This document shows, piece after piece, positions 1 to 13,115 of a DNA stretch of 64,000 nucleotides; position 1 is the first letter of the stretch; each line of letters opens with the position of its first letter. The notes under the pieces were generated by a model, which saw only the letters and a program-made list of their open reading frames with translations, was not told the origin of the DNA and did no database searches. Made by a program: the position numbers and the translations under genes. The stretch is taken from the NCBI RefSeq assembly GCF_032062105.1, contig NW_026925544.1, positions 124,001 through 188,000 on the forward strand, in the 5' to 3' direction. This DNA comes from Saccostrea cucullata (taxonomy: Eukaryota).

Positions 1-415
1 AGTACGGAAATCTTCAAGGCATTGGTATCCAGTGAAAGCTCTTGCCACAAAAAAGGTATGTGACGTATGGAAGCCCTAGCCCAAACCATTCAGAAGTTAT
101 GGCTAAAGTTAAAAATTTTAAAAAAGTTGTTTAAATTCCAAGGTCAAAGGTCTTGCTATCAAGTAACAAGGATTAAATATGTAAAGTATGAAAATACTAG
201 TCCTAACTCTTTAAAAGTAATAGTCAGGTTTTGATTTTGGTATCAAAAATGAAAGGTCTTTTCACAAGGATTACAAATGTGACGTATGAAAGCCCTATCC
301 TTTCCCGTTCAAAAGTTATAACCAAGGTCAAATTTTTTTCACAAGTATGAATATCTCCGAGGTCAAGGTAAAAAGGTTTTTGTTGAAATCCAATCCAATA
401 AAAGATCTTGCAACT
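1..415. repeat. Degenerate tandem array (~120-130 bp units, GGTCAAGGTCA/AAAGGTCTT motifs), HINE-associated satellite, continues off the window edge
   Basis: Recurring AAGGTCAA, GAAAGGTCTT.TCACAAGGA, TATGAAAGCCCTA and CGTTCAAAAGTTAT motifs; same family as 57519-58810. Confidence 0.7.
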
Positions 416-493
416 TAGAATATATATAAAGGATATGGATATAACGAACAGTATTCAATATCGAAGTCCATAAAACAATACAAAATAGGAGCA

Positions 494-586
494 GAGCAAA
501 CACGAACCTCCGAAACATCAGAGATGGGATCAGGTGCCATGGAGGAGTGAGCATCCCTACTGACCGGTCACACCCGCCGTGTGCTC
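494..586 (-). other. Conserved structured RNA motif at the 3' end of the Penelope-like element
   Basis: On the - strand: closing stem GAGCA-CACGG/UCGUG-UU-UGCUC, hairpin UAGG-GA-UGCUCA[CUCCUCCA]UGGCA-CCUG, hairpin UCUCUGA[UGUU]UCGGAGG. Further copies at 13006-13115 and 5051-5137. Confidence 0.6.
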
Positions 587-1579
587 ATTGTCATGATCGT
601 GAAATAAATGATGACTTTAAACGACTTTAAACGCTGTTACCCTTGTTTAATCAACTTGCTTGCAAATATTTACCTCGTTTTAGAAATTGTTCATACGTTG
701 ATCATTCTCTTGCTTATCGAATCAACTGAGATATATACACTCCGTATGCAGGTGATGAAGGTTTTTTGCTGCATAAGTAAGGGAAGTTGACGATAGAAAA
801 GTTAAAGTCGTCACGTTTATCATAAAACTTGGTTGTTAGGTAACCATTAACGTCTTTTTCAAGTAAAATATCCAAGTATGAAACAGGTGTGTCAGAGTCT
901 GTGGTATCTTTTATCTCAAGCTCTCCTGGATGTATCTTATGGACTTGGGAATGGAAATTACCATTGTTAATTGACAATACATCGTCGATATATCTGAAGG
1001 TCGAGTTGGCCACAGCAAGTGTTTTCTTCTTTTCACGCATAAGATTTTGCATAAATTCTTATTCATATGAATACAAAAAATAGGTTTGTTAATAACGGAG
1101 CACAATTGGTTCCCATTGGAATTCCAATAGATTGTTGGAAGACCTGGTCTCCAAAAACCACATAGATATTGTCAATTAGAAACTTAAGCATCTCTTTGAT
1201 GTCAATTTCAGAGAACTTGTGTGTGCAATCAGAATGTTTTTTTAACAAAATAATTTTGCAAATGACCAATGACAAGGTAAGTAAATTTAAGAGTTCCATT
1301 TTTATTGAAAAAGCAGTTGTCAATGATATAAAAAAGGCTGGGGTTTAATTTGTCGTGGGGAATGGTTGTGTTTAAAGTTGGAAAGTCGTAAGTTTTGAAG
1401 CTGTTGATTTTGGTAATTTCCTGTGATTTCAAATTGTCCAAGAGTTCTTTGGAATTTTTGAGTATCCACATCTGATTCACACCACTTCTTGAATATATTG
1501 TTGCATGGTACTCTTGAAGTTTTTCCTTTACTACTGTCAATATCTTAGTGAGGAGTAACGAAAGAGGCTCGGTTGAACA

Positions 1580-1899
1580 TTTACTGGAACCCTCGATGTA
1601 TCTTTGTAAGGATTTTTGTGAAGTTTCGGAATCCAATATATATAGAGTATAGTTCAAATTCATTTTGGCTCTGTGGAATATTAAAAATATTTAAAACTAG
1701 AATACGATTTTGAAGAATTTCTTCCTTAGAAAGGGAAGTATTTACTGGAACCCTCGATGTATCTTTGTAAGGATTTTTATGAAGTTTCGGAATCCAGTAT
1801 ATATAGGGAAGTTCAAATTCATTTTGGCTCTGTGGAATATTAAAAATATTTAAAACTAGAATACGATTTTGAAGAATTTCTTCCTTAGAAAGGGAAGCA
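1580..1899. repeat. ~160-bp tandem duplication inside the RT pseudogene
   Basis: TTTACTGGAACCCTCGATG...AGAAAGGGAAG at 1580-1738 and again at 1741-1897, nearly identical. Confidence 0.95.
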
Positions 1900-2595
1900 T
1901 GAGTATAAGTAGGATTACCACTTGTAGAATTAAATCCAAGTTCTTCTAAAATACAATTAACATAATGAGCCTTACAATGTTGTTTCCTGCTTTGTCGGCA
2001 GGGGCCATTACGTACTGATCATGTAATCTACCTAATTCCTTTTATCACTTCTTGATTATTGAATACGCAAGGATAGATGGTTTTCATATTGCCCCTAAAT
2101 CTGTTATGGTCTGAAAATTTGAAATTTTGCCTTGGAAGGTATCTTTCATGATGGTAGATTTCGGGAAGTTAACCTGAAAAATGCCATCTTTGTAACATGG
2201 AAAGCAGTCGGACACATGAGAAATACTTTCATCTTGCGCCTAAGTACCTTCTTAATGTACAGAAAATACGGAAGTTACATGAACTGCATTTCTGTACTTA
2301 GGCAAGGCAAAAGTATGATTCAAAATGAACGGATACAAAGAAGATTGCATTTGATGAGAAACCATGAAAAAACCATGTGGAACCTCTTATAATTTATCAT
2401 TCAAGAGCATATAGAAATCCTACCTATCATTATATGTGTGAATTATGTTTAAAGTAGTGGAATATGATCAAAATAAAGCTGTTATAAATCATTCTTAATA
2501 TATATTTTGTTGTCACGTTATACAATTTCGCATTGAAACAATGCAACCTTAATTTGTGCGAAAAACCACGTGAGCTTAAAAAGTGCGTAGAGCTG

Positions 2596-2955
2596 TATTT
2601 AGAGCTCCAAACCTTTGTAATGTAAACAGGGTCCGTGTCATGTGTTTGTTTACATTGGTTGATATACTATATGTTAGCTCAATGCAGATAACAATAAAGA
2701 AGTAAATTCTAAATTCAATTCGACAATTTCTATTGATTTGCTGAATTTCTTTTTGTTATAAATATGATATTTTCTAAATTTGTAAATAAAAAAAGGCACG
2801 AGCCTTGTCTACATTATTAAGAACTTAAAGTGTCTCGCTTATTAATCAACAAATGATGTTCAAATGTTTGCTGATCATTAGATGATGCCTTAGTTAGGAA
2901 TTGTAAACATTAAAATTGATTTTAGAAATTCAGTGGAAACTGTGCCCATGCCCCT
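2596..2955. mobile_element. 5'-truncated copy of a TTAA-targeting (Kolobok-like) MITE
   Basis: Colinear with 3085-3449; ends in ACTGTGCCCATGCCCCT followed by TTAA at 2956-2959. Confidence 0.75.
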
Positions 2956-2959
2956 TTAA

Positions 2960-3449
2960 AGGGGCATGGACACAGTTTCAGCTAAAATTTCAAAATTTAT
3001 TTTTCCATTTTTACAAATATTTAACTTCGGCCTTTCTAATTATCATCAAAAATTTTTGCACCAGTTGTCCAGATACAAGACAGATTTAGAGCTCCAAACC
3101 TCTGTTATGTAAACAAGGCTAGTGTCGTGTTTTTGTTTACCCAGGTTGATATTATAATATATGTTCGTTCAAAGTATATAATTTCAAATAAGAGTTAATT
3201 TTAAATACGATTCGACAGTAACTAAAAATTTGTTAAACTTCATTTTGTTATAAATATATTTTCTATACGTAAACAAAAACATGACACGAGCCTTGTTTTC
3301 ATTATAAAGAATTCCAAGTTCTGTTTCTTGTTTGTTAATAAACAAATGATGTTCAATTTTTTGCAAATCAATATACATGATGCCTTAGGTAAGAATTGTA
3401 AACATTAAAACTGGTTTTAAAAAATCAGTTGAAACTCTGTCCAGCCCCT
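2960..3449. mobile_element. Non-autonomous TIR element, TTAA target, AG terminus (Kolobok-like)
   Basis: TIRs AGGGGCATGGACACAGTTTCA / TGAAACTCTGTCCAGCCCCT; internal inverted pair at ~3108-3140 and ~3269-3301; preceded by TTAA. Confidence 0.8.
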
Positions 3450-5050
3450 TTTCAGAAAGGAAATTATGCAAGGAGAACAATTATATTGTTAGAAAAATAA
3501 AGTCAATTGCTAGAAAAAGGTCTTTAATAAGTGATTAGGGAACTATATTGTGTAAAATGTATAGGGATTGTATTTTTTTATGTTCTTGACGCTATGTTTT
3601 TGACGTTACATTGCCGTTGAGTATGCTCCGTGGTTACAAAACGTTGATTTGAAAATGACGTCAATTGTTTTAGATTAAATGGAATGAAACTTCACACGTA
3701 CACACATCATTGACATCACACAAATATATCATGTATATTGACATCAACAACAGACAAAATAAATTTAGCACAACAATCCCATAGGCACAGCACAAAAACT
3801 TATTATTCAAAACTATATTAGCAAGAAAACATTGATGTAACCATCAAATGTCGCCCGGGAAATATATTAAATTTCTTGATCAACAAACCGTAATTTAAAA
3901 AATAAAAGACGATGGTCGCAAATATTTTTAAAAACTTGTAGTCGGAAAAAAATCAAAGAAAAACGATACCATTTTAAACTTGATCAATTCCTCAGGTAAA
4001 TCTTGGCTGCATAAAATATAAATTAAAGTAAGACACACGCAACATTTATATTTAAAAATGTATCAATTTTCAATTTTAGAATATCCCGTTTTTATGGGCA
4101 CAGCTGTCGTTGTTTTGATAGTACATGAAAACTTATATATTTATTAACATATATATTTTTATAGAAGTAAATATAATGTATCCATGATTTATAAACGGAA
4201 AGAACATTCTGATTAACAATCTTTTCAATGTTTAGGTCCCCATACACCAACAATTTTGGGTCCTCCTTTCTGCAATAATCATGTTCGAGGTTAGAGGTCA
4301 TAATTTTGGGGTGACAATTATGATTTTTTTGCAAACAAATAATATAATTTCTGATAACATTAAACTGAGTTATCCTTCTTTATCTCATCTTTGTATAGAT
4401 AACTTCCATTAGCTACTTGTTTCTCTATGCAACATAGCTTTTTGATACACTTTTATAAACCTTGTCTACTTTCTAATAGTCATTCTTCTATATACAGCTA
4501 TATCTCACAATGGTGTTCTTTTAACTTGTAAAATGAAATCAATGACAGATCGCCGTAACAGTACAAAACAGAGCGGTTTGTTCCCAATTAGTTTAATTGT
4601 AAAATTAAGCATTCCCAACATTCAAATTAAAATGAAATTCATCCCAAATTAAAAAAAAAATCATTCAATTTCCCTTACATTATTTTAAAATTAGTTAATC
4701 TGATTCCTGAAGAAAAAAAAACATCTGACTCAATTCTTTTCTGTACTATAGGAAGATGCACAAAAAATGAAGTTGTGAATGTGTGCTTGAATGCCTGGAT
4801 TTATCTTTCCTTGTCTAGCACTGAAATTATGCAAATTGCATATATATATAAAATAGCATACAGCTAATCTAAGTCTGTTTCATTATCGATTGACACGTTT
4901 CTGCTTCAATTATGCGGAAAAAAAGATACCCAAGTTATACAATGGACATGTACCTTTATTGATGCAAATCTTGACATTCAATATCAATGACAAAAAGTGG
5001 TTTTAGAAGAATAGAACTCGTGTTGTCTTCGGGTTTCTTCGTCATTCCCA

Positions 5051-5137
5051 GATCATGACAAGCAGTGGGTCGATTAAGGATAGCATTTCCAAAATGGAAA
5101 ATATGATCCAGTCTCTGATGTTTTGGAGGTACGTGTT
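5051..5137 (+). repeat. Highly degenerate solo copy of the Penelope 3' motif
   Basis: GATCATGACAA...TGATCCAGTCTCTGATGTTTTGGAGGTACGTGTT matches the reverse complement of 497-598. Confidence 0.55.
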
Positions 5138-5196
5138 AACAAATCTGCTGCACACTTTGTTATTAAAAATGACATAACACATAGTATAGCTACATG

Positions 5197-5283
5197 TAGG
5201 AGAGTTTTGAGTCAGCTAGTATAGCTAGGAGAGTTTTGAGTCAGCTAGTATAGCTAGGAGAGTTTTGAGTCAGCTAGAATAGC
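5197..5283. repeat. 29-bp tandem repeat x3
   Basis: TAGGAGAGTTTTGAGTCAGCTAGTATAGC at 5197, 5226 and 5255. Confidence 0.95.
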
Positions 5284-5453
5284 AAGGATATGTAAATGCG
5301 ATCTACTTTTGTGATAAGAAACAATTTTAAAGACTGCAATTTTCAGAGCTGAGTCAATGTTCATGTCCACGAGAATGGCTTTTTTATCCAATATTAGTAA
5401 ATGTCAAGGCTGTCATAACAGCAATAGGTTGTGGTTTTCATGCATCCAATTTT

Positions 5454-5750
5454 TTGTTTGTTTGTATATGTTTAATTGTTGTTATTTAACGTCCCTCTCG
5501 AGAATTTTCCATTCAAATGAAGACGCCACCACTTGGTCGATAGCTGCAAATGTTGTCCTATACTCGGCATTCAGGGCCATTAAGCAGTGAAAGATATTTT
5601 TCTACTGAAACATATGACCTCGGTTTAAACGGTCTCATCCGAATGACCGTCTCCACGTCCCACATTGGAAACCGAACTCGCGATTTAGGATCAACTCTTT
5701 ATTTCGCGACTGTAGAGCAGACGCTCTAACCACTGCGCCAAGTGGGCGAC
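5454..5750 (-). mobile_element. tRNA-derived SINE, near full length
   Basis: On the - strand: A box TGGCGCAGTGGTTAGAGC, B box GAGTTCGGTTTCC, core GGTCATTCGGATGAGACC...AAACCGAGGTC and an (AAAC)n tail. Confidence 0.8.
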
Positions 5751-7279
5751 GCATCATGTGACCCGGAAACAGAGATGTGCTTTAGTATTGAACTTATAAA
5801 TTCAATGTTTTTATCTTTGAAATAACTTGATCTGGTGTTGTTTTGGTCATCTTTTGAACTAATATATTTCGCGTTCTTCTACTGATTTTTTTTTAATTTT
5901 AAGCGAAATTTTCACTTCCTATATAATACTTAATGATGAATATTCTTTTTTTACTTCTCTGTATGTCTTGGAGGTTTGATGAAATAGCACTTCTTTATGG
6001 TACTGTGACTGTGACCAAAGAATTCAAAAAGACTGCCAAAATACGACGTACATTCCTCCGCCCATTATGGATAACTTAATCCGAAGTAAATACCTCTAAA
6101 TTAAGATAGCTTTTCAATTGTATTAGGGTTAAGACTCAGTAATGAGTGCTTGTGACACTATTGTGTGTACAGAGATACGTACTATCAGTCAATTGTATAA
6201 GAAATTATCTATAAACTATCGCAAATTTAAGACTTAAGATAGATTTAAGATTAGAATTAATCCTAAATTCAAACAAGTGTGATACGAATAATTCAACAAT
6301 CATGCCACTATTGGAAAATTTATCCTTTCAGTTTATTTTATTTCTGTAGTAAAAGTATATTCAAAAAAATAATTTCTTCACGATTTGGTTAAAAATTAAT
6401 TCGCAATGAGTACATTATTTTAAATTATTGAGGGGAGGGGGTGAAGGGTTAGGGCTTGTTCTCGATTCTAGTGCAAAAGCAAATCACACTGTTGAAAATA
6501 TTTCATTATATCTACAGGAATTGATTTTTAAATAAGCTTTTTCGGAACAGGAAATATGTGTTACCGCTTTTAGAAGTACTTCAGACAATGATTTTTGAAC
6601 CCTGTGTGCACTTTTCAGCGAGAGAGATTTATTTAAATCTAAGACAACACATGCAACATGATTGACATGTTGAATTAGAATTTGGTATTCCTCCTTGTTC
6701 AGAATCGTAAGACCTCATTAAAGAAATTGAATCTAATTCTCCAGAGTCAAACCATCCCCAATCCAATTTGGTTTTATATATAAACTCTCATGTTAAATGT
6801 AAGACAATCTTAATCGAAATGTACACTATTTCTAGTAGAAATTTTACTAAAATGTCTTAACAATGCATTTATGTCTAGACAGAGCCTACCTTCCCTTTTC
6901 ACAAAACATTATACCTTTTATTATGATTTTTATTTGCATGTATTTTTTTTTATTTTCTTTTTGCATGCTAATTTTTTTTATTAAGGTTAATTTTTATTTT
7001 ATTCTGACTGCATGCCCCTTTTCAAGAACGATACTGCCAGCCTGAAGAAATCCTTTGCCCTGGTATAACTTGAGTCGGTCTATTCTGGGAGAAGGAACTG
7101 ACATAAAAGTACAGATAGAATTGCTCAGTACAGTGGGGGAGAAAGGAAAAGGTTAATTACCAAAGACGGATTAATTACGTGCATAATTTTTTTTTCTCAA
7201 TAAAAATCGGATTAAGTTTAAAATAGAAAAATGGCAAAAAGATGCGGCACGCATCCCTACACTAATATCCAATACGTAC

Positions 7280-7286
<7 letters not shown>

Positions 7287-7312
<26 letters not shown>
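7287..7312. repeat. (CT)n microsatellite; others at 9363-9388, 14537-14597 and (GA)n at 16603-16666
   Basis: Directly visible dinucleotide runs. Confidence 0.95.
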
Positions 7313-10278
7313 GCATTAACACCACCTGTCTGTTCGATTAATATCTCAATATCCCATGACAATGCATTCTAATTGACTAATGCTTGCAAAGCCGTTTTAT
7401 GGACTATTTTGCCATTATTGGAAATCTGTAAATTGGTAATAAATCAAATGAGGAAAAGTTAAACATCGAATTTCCAAACACCTGCTTATTGTGACGTCAT
7501 TTTAATGGAAGTTGTTACTGTTAGGCCTTAATGTAAGTAAGTAAGTAAGTAAATTTTATCAATAAAAAGAAAATGTTTTATTTTATCACAGTTAAAATAT
7601 CACAAGAAAACATTTACAACATAAATAAAAATGCAAAAACACATGTACATATATACACATACATATGGATAAAATAATTGAATTTAACAAATTTTAACAA
7701 TTTATAATTTCTTTAGAATAAGTTAAAGAAAAAAATAGACAACTTGAAAAGCAATATGATTGCATTAAGAGGAACAAAAATAAATATCGTGAGTATTATA
7801 AATAAATAAATTTCATATGATAGTAATAAAAATTAAGTCGTTTAACCCATAAGTTTTAAAAATAAATTTGTATTATTGATAATAATAAAAATAAATAAAT
7901 AAAAAACGATAAACAAATAAACTTGAAAGTTTAGAAAATTAAAAATTCACACAGACATAGCTAATCCAAATTTAGAAAGAAGAAGGAGAAAAGAAAAAAA
8001 AAAACAATAATTTAAAAATGATTTATGTTCCTCATCAATACACATCCTGCCTAGTGATTGGGTCAGTCCCTACCTACAAACACAACTTTTTAAAGAGGGA
8101 AAGAAAAAAAAAGGAAAACAATGGCGTAAAATGAGGTGGTATCATTAAGGTAAATGAAAGATTTCAAAAATAAATGAAAATTTTGGCATACATGAAAAAA
8201 TACAGATAAACATTTCCTTATACTGTGGTTTATATCACTACACAGTGGTAATATTCTATCAATAAAATAAATATTTTAGTGTGTGTGTGTGATTCAGTGT
8301 GTGGTGCATTGTGAGGAATTAATGGTTTGTTGACTTTTATTCGGTACCTTTAAGTGTACATTTTCAATGTAAAATAAGTGTCATTATCATTGGTGTTAAA
8401 TGTGCCTTCTTAGTACTAACACAAACAATGCAAATATATTTATACATTAAATAAATAATGTATGGACTGTCTATTTGTATAAATAGCAGTGTAGTACCCC
8501 AGGAATAGGACAATTGACGTCTCGCTGGCTACTGAGCTATCAAAGTTGACTACATAGTCATAGTAACGTTACATTAAGTGTAAGAATGGAAAAACAAAAA
8601 AATCGAAAAGGAGTACATGTATATATATATATATTTTTTAATTTGTACCATTAGAATGAGACAATATGGTAAGAACGTTGAGAGAACATCGACTATATTT
8701 TCAGACATACTTCCCAAGAAGCTGTTATTTGCATGTAGATCGATGGAATTAGCCTACTGGCAGGTTTTCCATGTTAAATGTCGAAGCTATGATGTTGAAG
8801 CTGTCATATTACCTCGAACATATGCATAAATACATTTCCAGAAATATATACATTTTCTCAAGAGGGTAATATTGTATATATCTGCCAAGTCCCTTCTTAA
8901 TGCTAGTAAATAATGAAATTTTTCCTGCAGTCAATAGAAACTTAATCAGCAGTTCTTACAAACTGCTATGCAGACTTACACACAAATATAGTGCATATAC
9001 ACTGTACATGTATATATACTGAGTAATACAACCAAGGGGCAAAAAGTTATAATATGAGTATTTTTCTGGGAAAGACGGGATCGAAAAACATGTTATGGGA
9101 CAGAAAAAGTCTCATCGTGTTTTACCATTAACAGGAAAATATTTTTTCAAAGGCTTTTAAGGTCACGCACGGAAAGCAATAATGATAATTTCTTTCCTAT
9201 CAGCACACAGATGAGGTCGCTGTTACATGCGAAGCTTAAATAAAAAACGTTTCCCCAAAGAATGTAGGATTCCTTATCGCATTAATGAGATTATTTGAGA
9301 ATATACGTTTAATTATATGGATAAAAGAATGTTATCTATTTTTTTTAATTTCGGGCCTTAAGCTCTCTCTCTCTCTCTCTCTCTCTCTGCAGAGACCAAT
9401 ATGGATTGGAACTCTGAACTTGGGCAACAAAAACCATTGCAAGCAAGAATTTTAGACTCTGGATGAGACTTAACACTGTACTTCATCTTTAATTTGAGTT
9501 CATAGGGTTGAACTACCCTGTTTATTGGGTACAGTAAGATTTATAGGTAAATTCTAGTCAAAGGGAAAAGGCCTTGCATGAGAATTTTAACATTTTATTC
9601 TCATTGGCAATTTTCATTTGTATTTTGCATTTTTTTTAAAAAAAGAAGTGGCATAAAAATGGCGTCTGTTTTCCTATAATCAGATAATTCAGAATCAATA
9701 GAGTACAGAAGTACGTAAATATTCATACGACCTTGGATTACAGTGCTGCTGTAGTAGCTTGCTTCCAGATAGAGGATCGCAGTCAATACAAGAAAATCTG
9801 AGATAAAAAAAATAAATTATAAACATTCCTTCCTAAGAACAGTTAAAGGCATATCCCTGTAACGGTCAACATACTGATGGACATTGGCCATTTTTATCTT
9901 GGCTATAACTAGACGGTAACAAACTCATAAAAAAAACGTGAATTCTTACATTTCATTCATTGTAGAAAAACACTTAATCAAAATTAACGAAGGATATTGG
10001 CTGTTTAACCGTGGTGTCTTCCATAATTGGATGTCAAAAAATAAAGCAATCAACTAAAACAAAAAAAAAATGAAACCTAAACAAAACAATTTTTTTTACT
10101 CAGATCTCAACGGGTGAAAAATACTTATACATGTAATTACAATTATCACTTCATTTCAACTCTATAATGTGTACAGGAAGTCGCGTTCGAAATACATGTA
10201 TCACCATCACTTAGAGTCATTTTGAAGCATCACTTTTTTCCTTATAGTCAAAGATTTGCAGGTCCTTACGGCACCATC

Positions 10279-10735
10279 CCCTGCTAACTATAATACACTC
10301 ATTTCTCTGACGTCATTTTGCTGCTAAACACTGAAATATGCAGGTGGCAAAACAAAATTCTCTTCTGGTCAACTAACAGCACACGACCTTGACAGCGTCT
10401 TAGTAGGAGAAGTGTTGTCATACTCTATTTCAGTAAAACATTTGACAAATTGTCCCGCCATAGTCTAGCAATGAAGTTGGACCATAATTATGGTATACGG
10501 GGTGCTTGTTATCCACGTACTGAGAGCAACATGTACGAAATAGAAGGTATAAAAGACAAGAAAATTTGTTGCACGTAACAACAGGACTACAAGCAGTAAG
10601 TGAAATTTAATGCAAAATTTACTTATTGCACAGCAGACCAAAGGCGGGGCTGATGTACGGAATCATGTTCAAGGTTTCAGACTCAGCTACCACAATATCT
10701 GCATCCATTCATCCCCAGCACCAGTAGAGAATCTT
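10279..10735 (+). mobile_element. Ancient CR1/L2-type LINE ORF2 relic (internally deleted)
   Basis: Manual translation gives PANY..LISLTSFCC*TL, then VILYFSKTFDKLSRHSLAMKLDHNYGIRG (cf. the LINE RT motif LDFSKAFDKVPH..L..KL..YGIRG), then YLHPFIPSTSRE (cf. the C-terminal Y..SFFP.TIREWN). Confidence 0.7.
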
Positions 10736-13005
10736 ATGCAAGTCGCAACATTTACAAAATAGTAGGTATAAAAGACAACTTACTCGCTACACTAAGTGAA
10801 ATTTAATGAAAAGCCCGTTATACCATTCTACAGAACAACCTAGATTCTCTCCTCCTGGACCAAGGAACCAGGTACCATGCTATATACATGTACTTTATCA
10901 ATGTCAAGTTGACTGTTGTATGTTGTTGTAAAGACCTTCAAGGCAAATCTCGCAAGCATCCGCTATCTAGAACATTCGATCCAACTTTTGTCCTATTTAA
11001 ATGTGTAAGCGCTACACTCTGTTCATTCTTGCAAAAAAAGTGTAACAATGCTCCAAAGATGGTTATGCACTATATAATGAACATTCAAGAAATTTTGCAA
11101 ACTTGACCTAATTGAACTTGTTTCAGTGCTATAGAAAAACCATCAAGCTAATAACAATGCAGAACTAGATATTTCCTTTAGGAAATACAACACGCCATTA
11201 ACAAATACATGTAATAAATAGATTACGTGCAAAACGAAATTAGACTATTGGATAACTATGCCTATTCTGTTGTTGCAACCAACATTGTGCCAATTCAAGT
11301 CGACGGTGGATATCGGATGCTATTTCCCTGTAACTGTAAAACCTACCCTCGTCATATTGCAGAATTAGTCAATATTCTAACACACAAGGATATGGTTTAA
11401 AAGACCCTCAGTTTTAAAGGTTTTTACACAAAATCTTGAATTACATCAATAAATATTTATAATTCATTCGATTTGGTAAATTGTTAACGAGTTACAAGCT
11501 TACGCTATTATATAAAACAGAAGTATTCAATGAATATTAATTTCCACGTTTGAGTTCAGTGGTGTTTTATCGTCGATGCATCGATGCAATAGTCAGTCAC
11601 ATGAATAAATTGATATTAGAGGTTTTTTTCCCATTGCTGACTTGAACATGCAAGTTCCTCTGAAGAGATACCGAAACTGAAGGGAAAACGTATCTATTGC
11701 TTTATATGTGACGCATATATTTTATCTAATCAATGTTTATGAATCATTTGCATTATTCAGTATATCTATAAATGTGTAATAATATACTTGTACGTAAAAA
11801 TATATATGAAATTATATTTTTATATAATTTATATATACCCCAAAATTGCCAAGTTATTTTTATGTTACATTGGACTAATTAGTTAATAATTGGAATATTC
11901 TTGCTTTATTCTGATCAAAAATGCTTTTAAACTTCACTATTAACAAGAAAAAAGAAATTCAAATTTAATGACAACTTAACTAAAATTTCCTTTAAAACAT
12001 GCACACACAAAGAAACCCAGAAGTATTAAAACATTTCTCGAATTAAAATAAAGTTGTTTCAGTCGTGTTTCAACATCGTGTGTGTCCGTAGACATTAAAA
12101 TTAAGTTTTAACAATGCATGGTTTCCTTGTTTTTCAATTTATTATCTCTAACCATCTACAATATACAAGTATCTGTTTTCGTTCACCGTAATTGAATTCC
12201 AATGGTTCAAAAGCACAGAGCATGAGCATGAATACAGACATAATTAAACAAGACACGGGGCTGTATTTAGATAGACGAGAAAAATACATTTAAAATGCAT
12301 TAACAATATTCAACTACACGTAAATTTCTTTTCCCTGTAAAGTATATTCTCTTTTATTTGTACGAGTATTTTTGCAAAACATGCAATTTTCTTAATTATT
12401 TTATAATACTTCCCATAATTTCAAGCTACCATAAGGTCTTGAATTTTTACCTTGTTTACGAACATATATTATGAAAGAAAAACAACAAAGACGCGACTAA
12501 TTAACAACAAATTAAAGGCAAACTGTGCTGTTGACTGCCATACAAAAGGGAATTCTATATATAGCTTAACATTTAGATTCATTCAAAGTATACACACATT
12601 ATATGTATACATGTATATATTAATATTCACTACCGCTGGGGCACTATAAATAAAATTTTAATCCTTTGGCAGCTGACCATCTCCGCACAGTACGATACTA
12701 AAACTCCATTAATCCTGAATTGTCAAAGATAGTGTACCTGAGGAGGTCAACGGTCAACAAGAAATTTACAATCTGTTAAAAATACCAGACCGCGCGAAAT
12801 ACCCAGAGGGTACAAATGATTTACTATACAATAGATATGAAATGGGTTAAACTAGAACAATGATCGAGGTGGTGAACTTGATACATGTACAACTGTAATA
12901 TTTGTATGGGCTACTGGGTGATCATCTCTGTGAAATTTATAATTATAGGAAAATAACGAACAGTTTTCAAACTCAGAAGTCCATTTAAACCACAAATTAG
13001 GAATA

Positions 13006-13115
13006 AGCAAACAGGGACCTCCGAAACATCAGAAGTGGGATCAGGGGCTGTGGAGGAGTGAGCATCCCTTGCCGATCAGACCCGCCGTGTGCTCCCTGTC
13101 GTGATCGTGAAATAA
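13006..13115 (-). repeat. Solo copy of the Penelope 3' structured motif
   Basis: GCAAACAGGGACCTCCGAAACATCAGAAGTGGGATCAGG...GGAGGAGTGAGCATCCC...CCCGCCGTGTGCTC aligns with 496-606. Confidence 0.85.

Larger units (their letters stand above)
494..2100 (-). mobile_element. Decayed Penelope-like retroelement (RT pseudogene plus 3' UTR), 5'-truncated
   Basis: Frameshifted RT motifs in order on the - strand: LHDQYVMAPADKAGNN (~2030-1980), RYIEGSSKCSTEPLS, KTYDFPTLNTTIPH, QQSIGIPMGTNCAP, FRYIDD, YDKRDDFNFSIVNFP, PAYGVYISQLIR. A stop-riddled thumb follows to ~620, with no C-terminal GIY-YIG domain. Confidence 0.9.

Noticed and set aside
363-554. ORF MLTPPWHLIP... as a small membrane protein
   Set aside because: Read-through of the retroelement 3' motif and AT-rich tail.
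494-586. Hammerhead, HDV ribozyme or SECIS assignment for the 3' motif
   Set aside because: The required cores (CUGANGA/GAAA; P1.1 GG and J4/2; AUGA-AA-GA spacing) were not found by eye.
9734-9798. Minus-strand signal-peptide-like exon (FLVLTAILYLEASYYSSTVIQ)
   Set aside because: Good acceptor but weak donor, and I could not find compatible partner exons.
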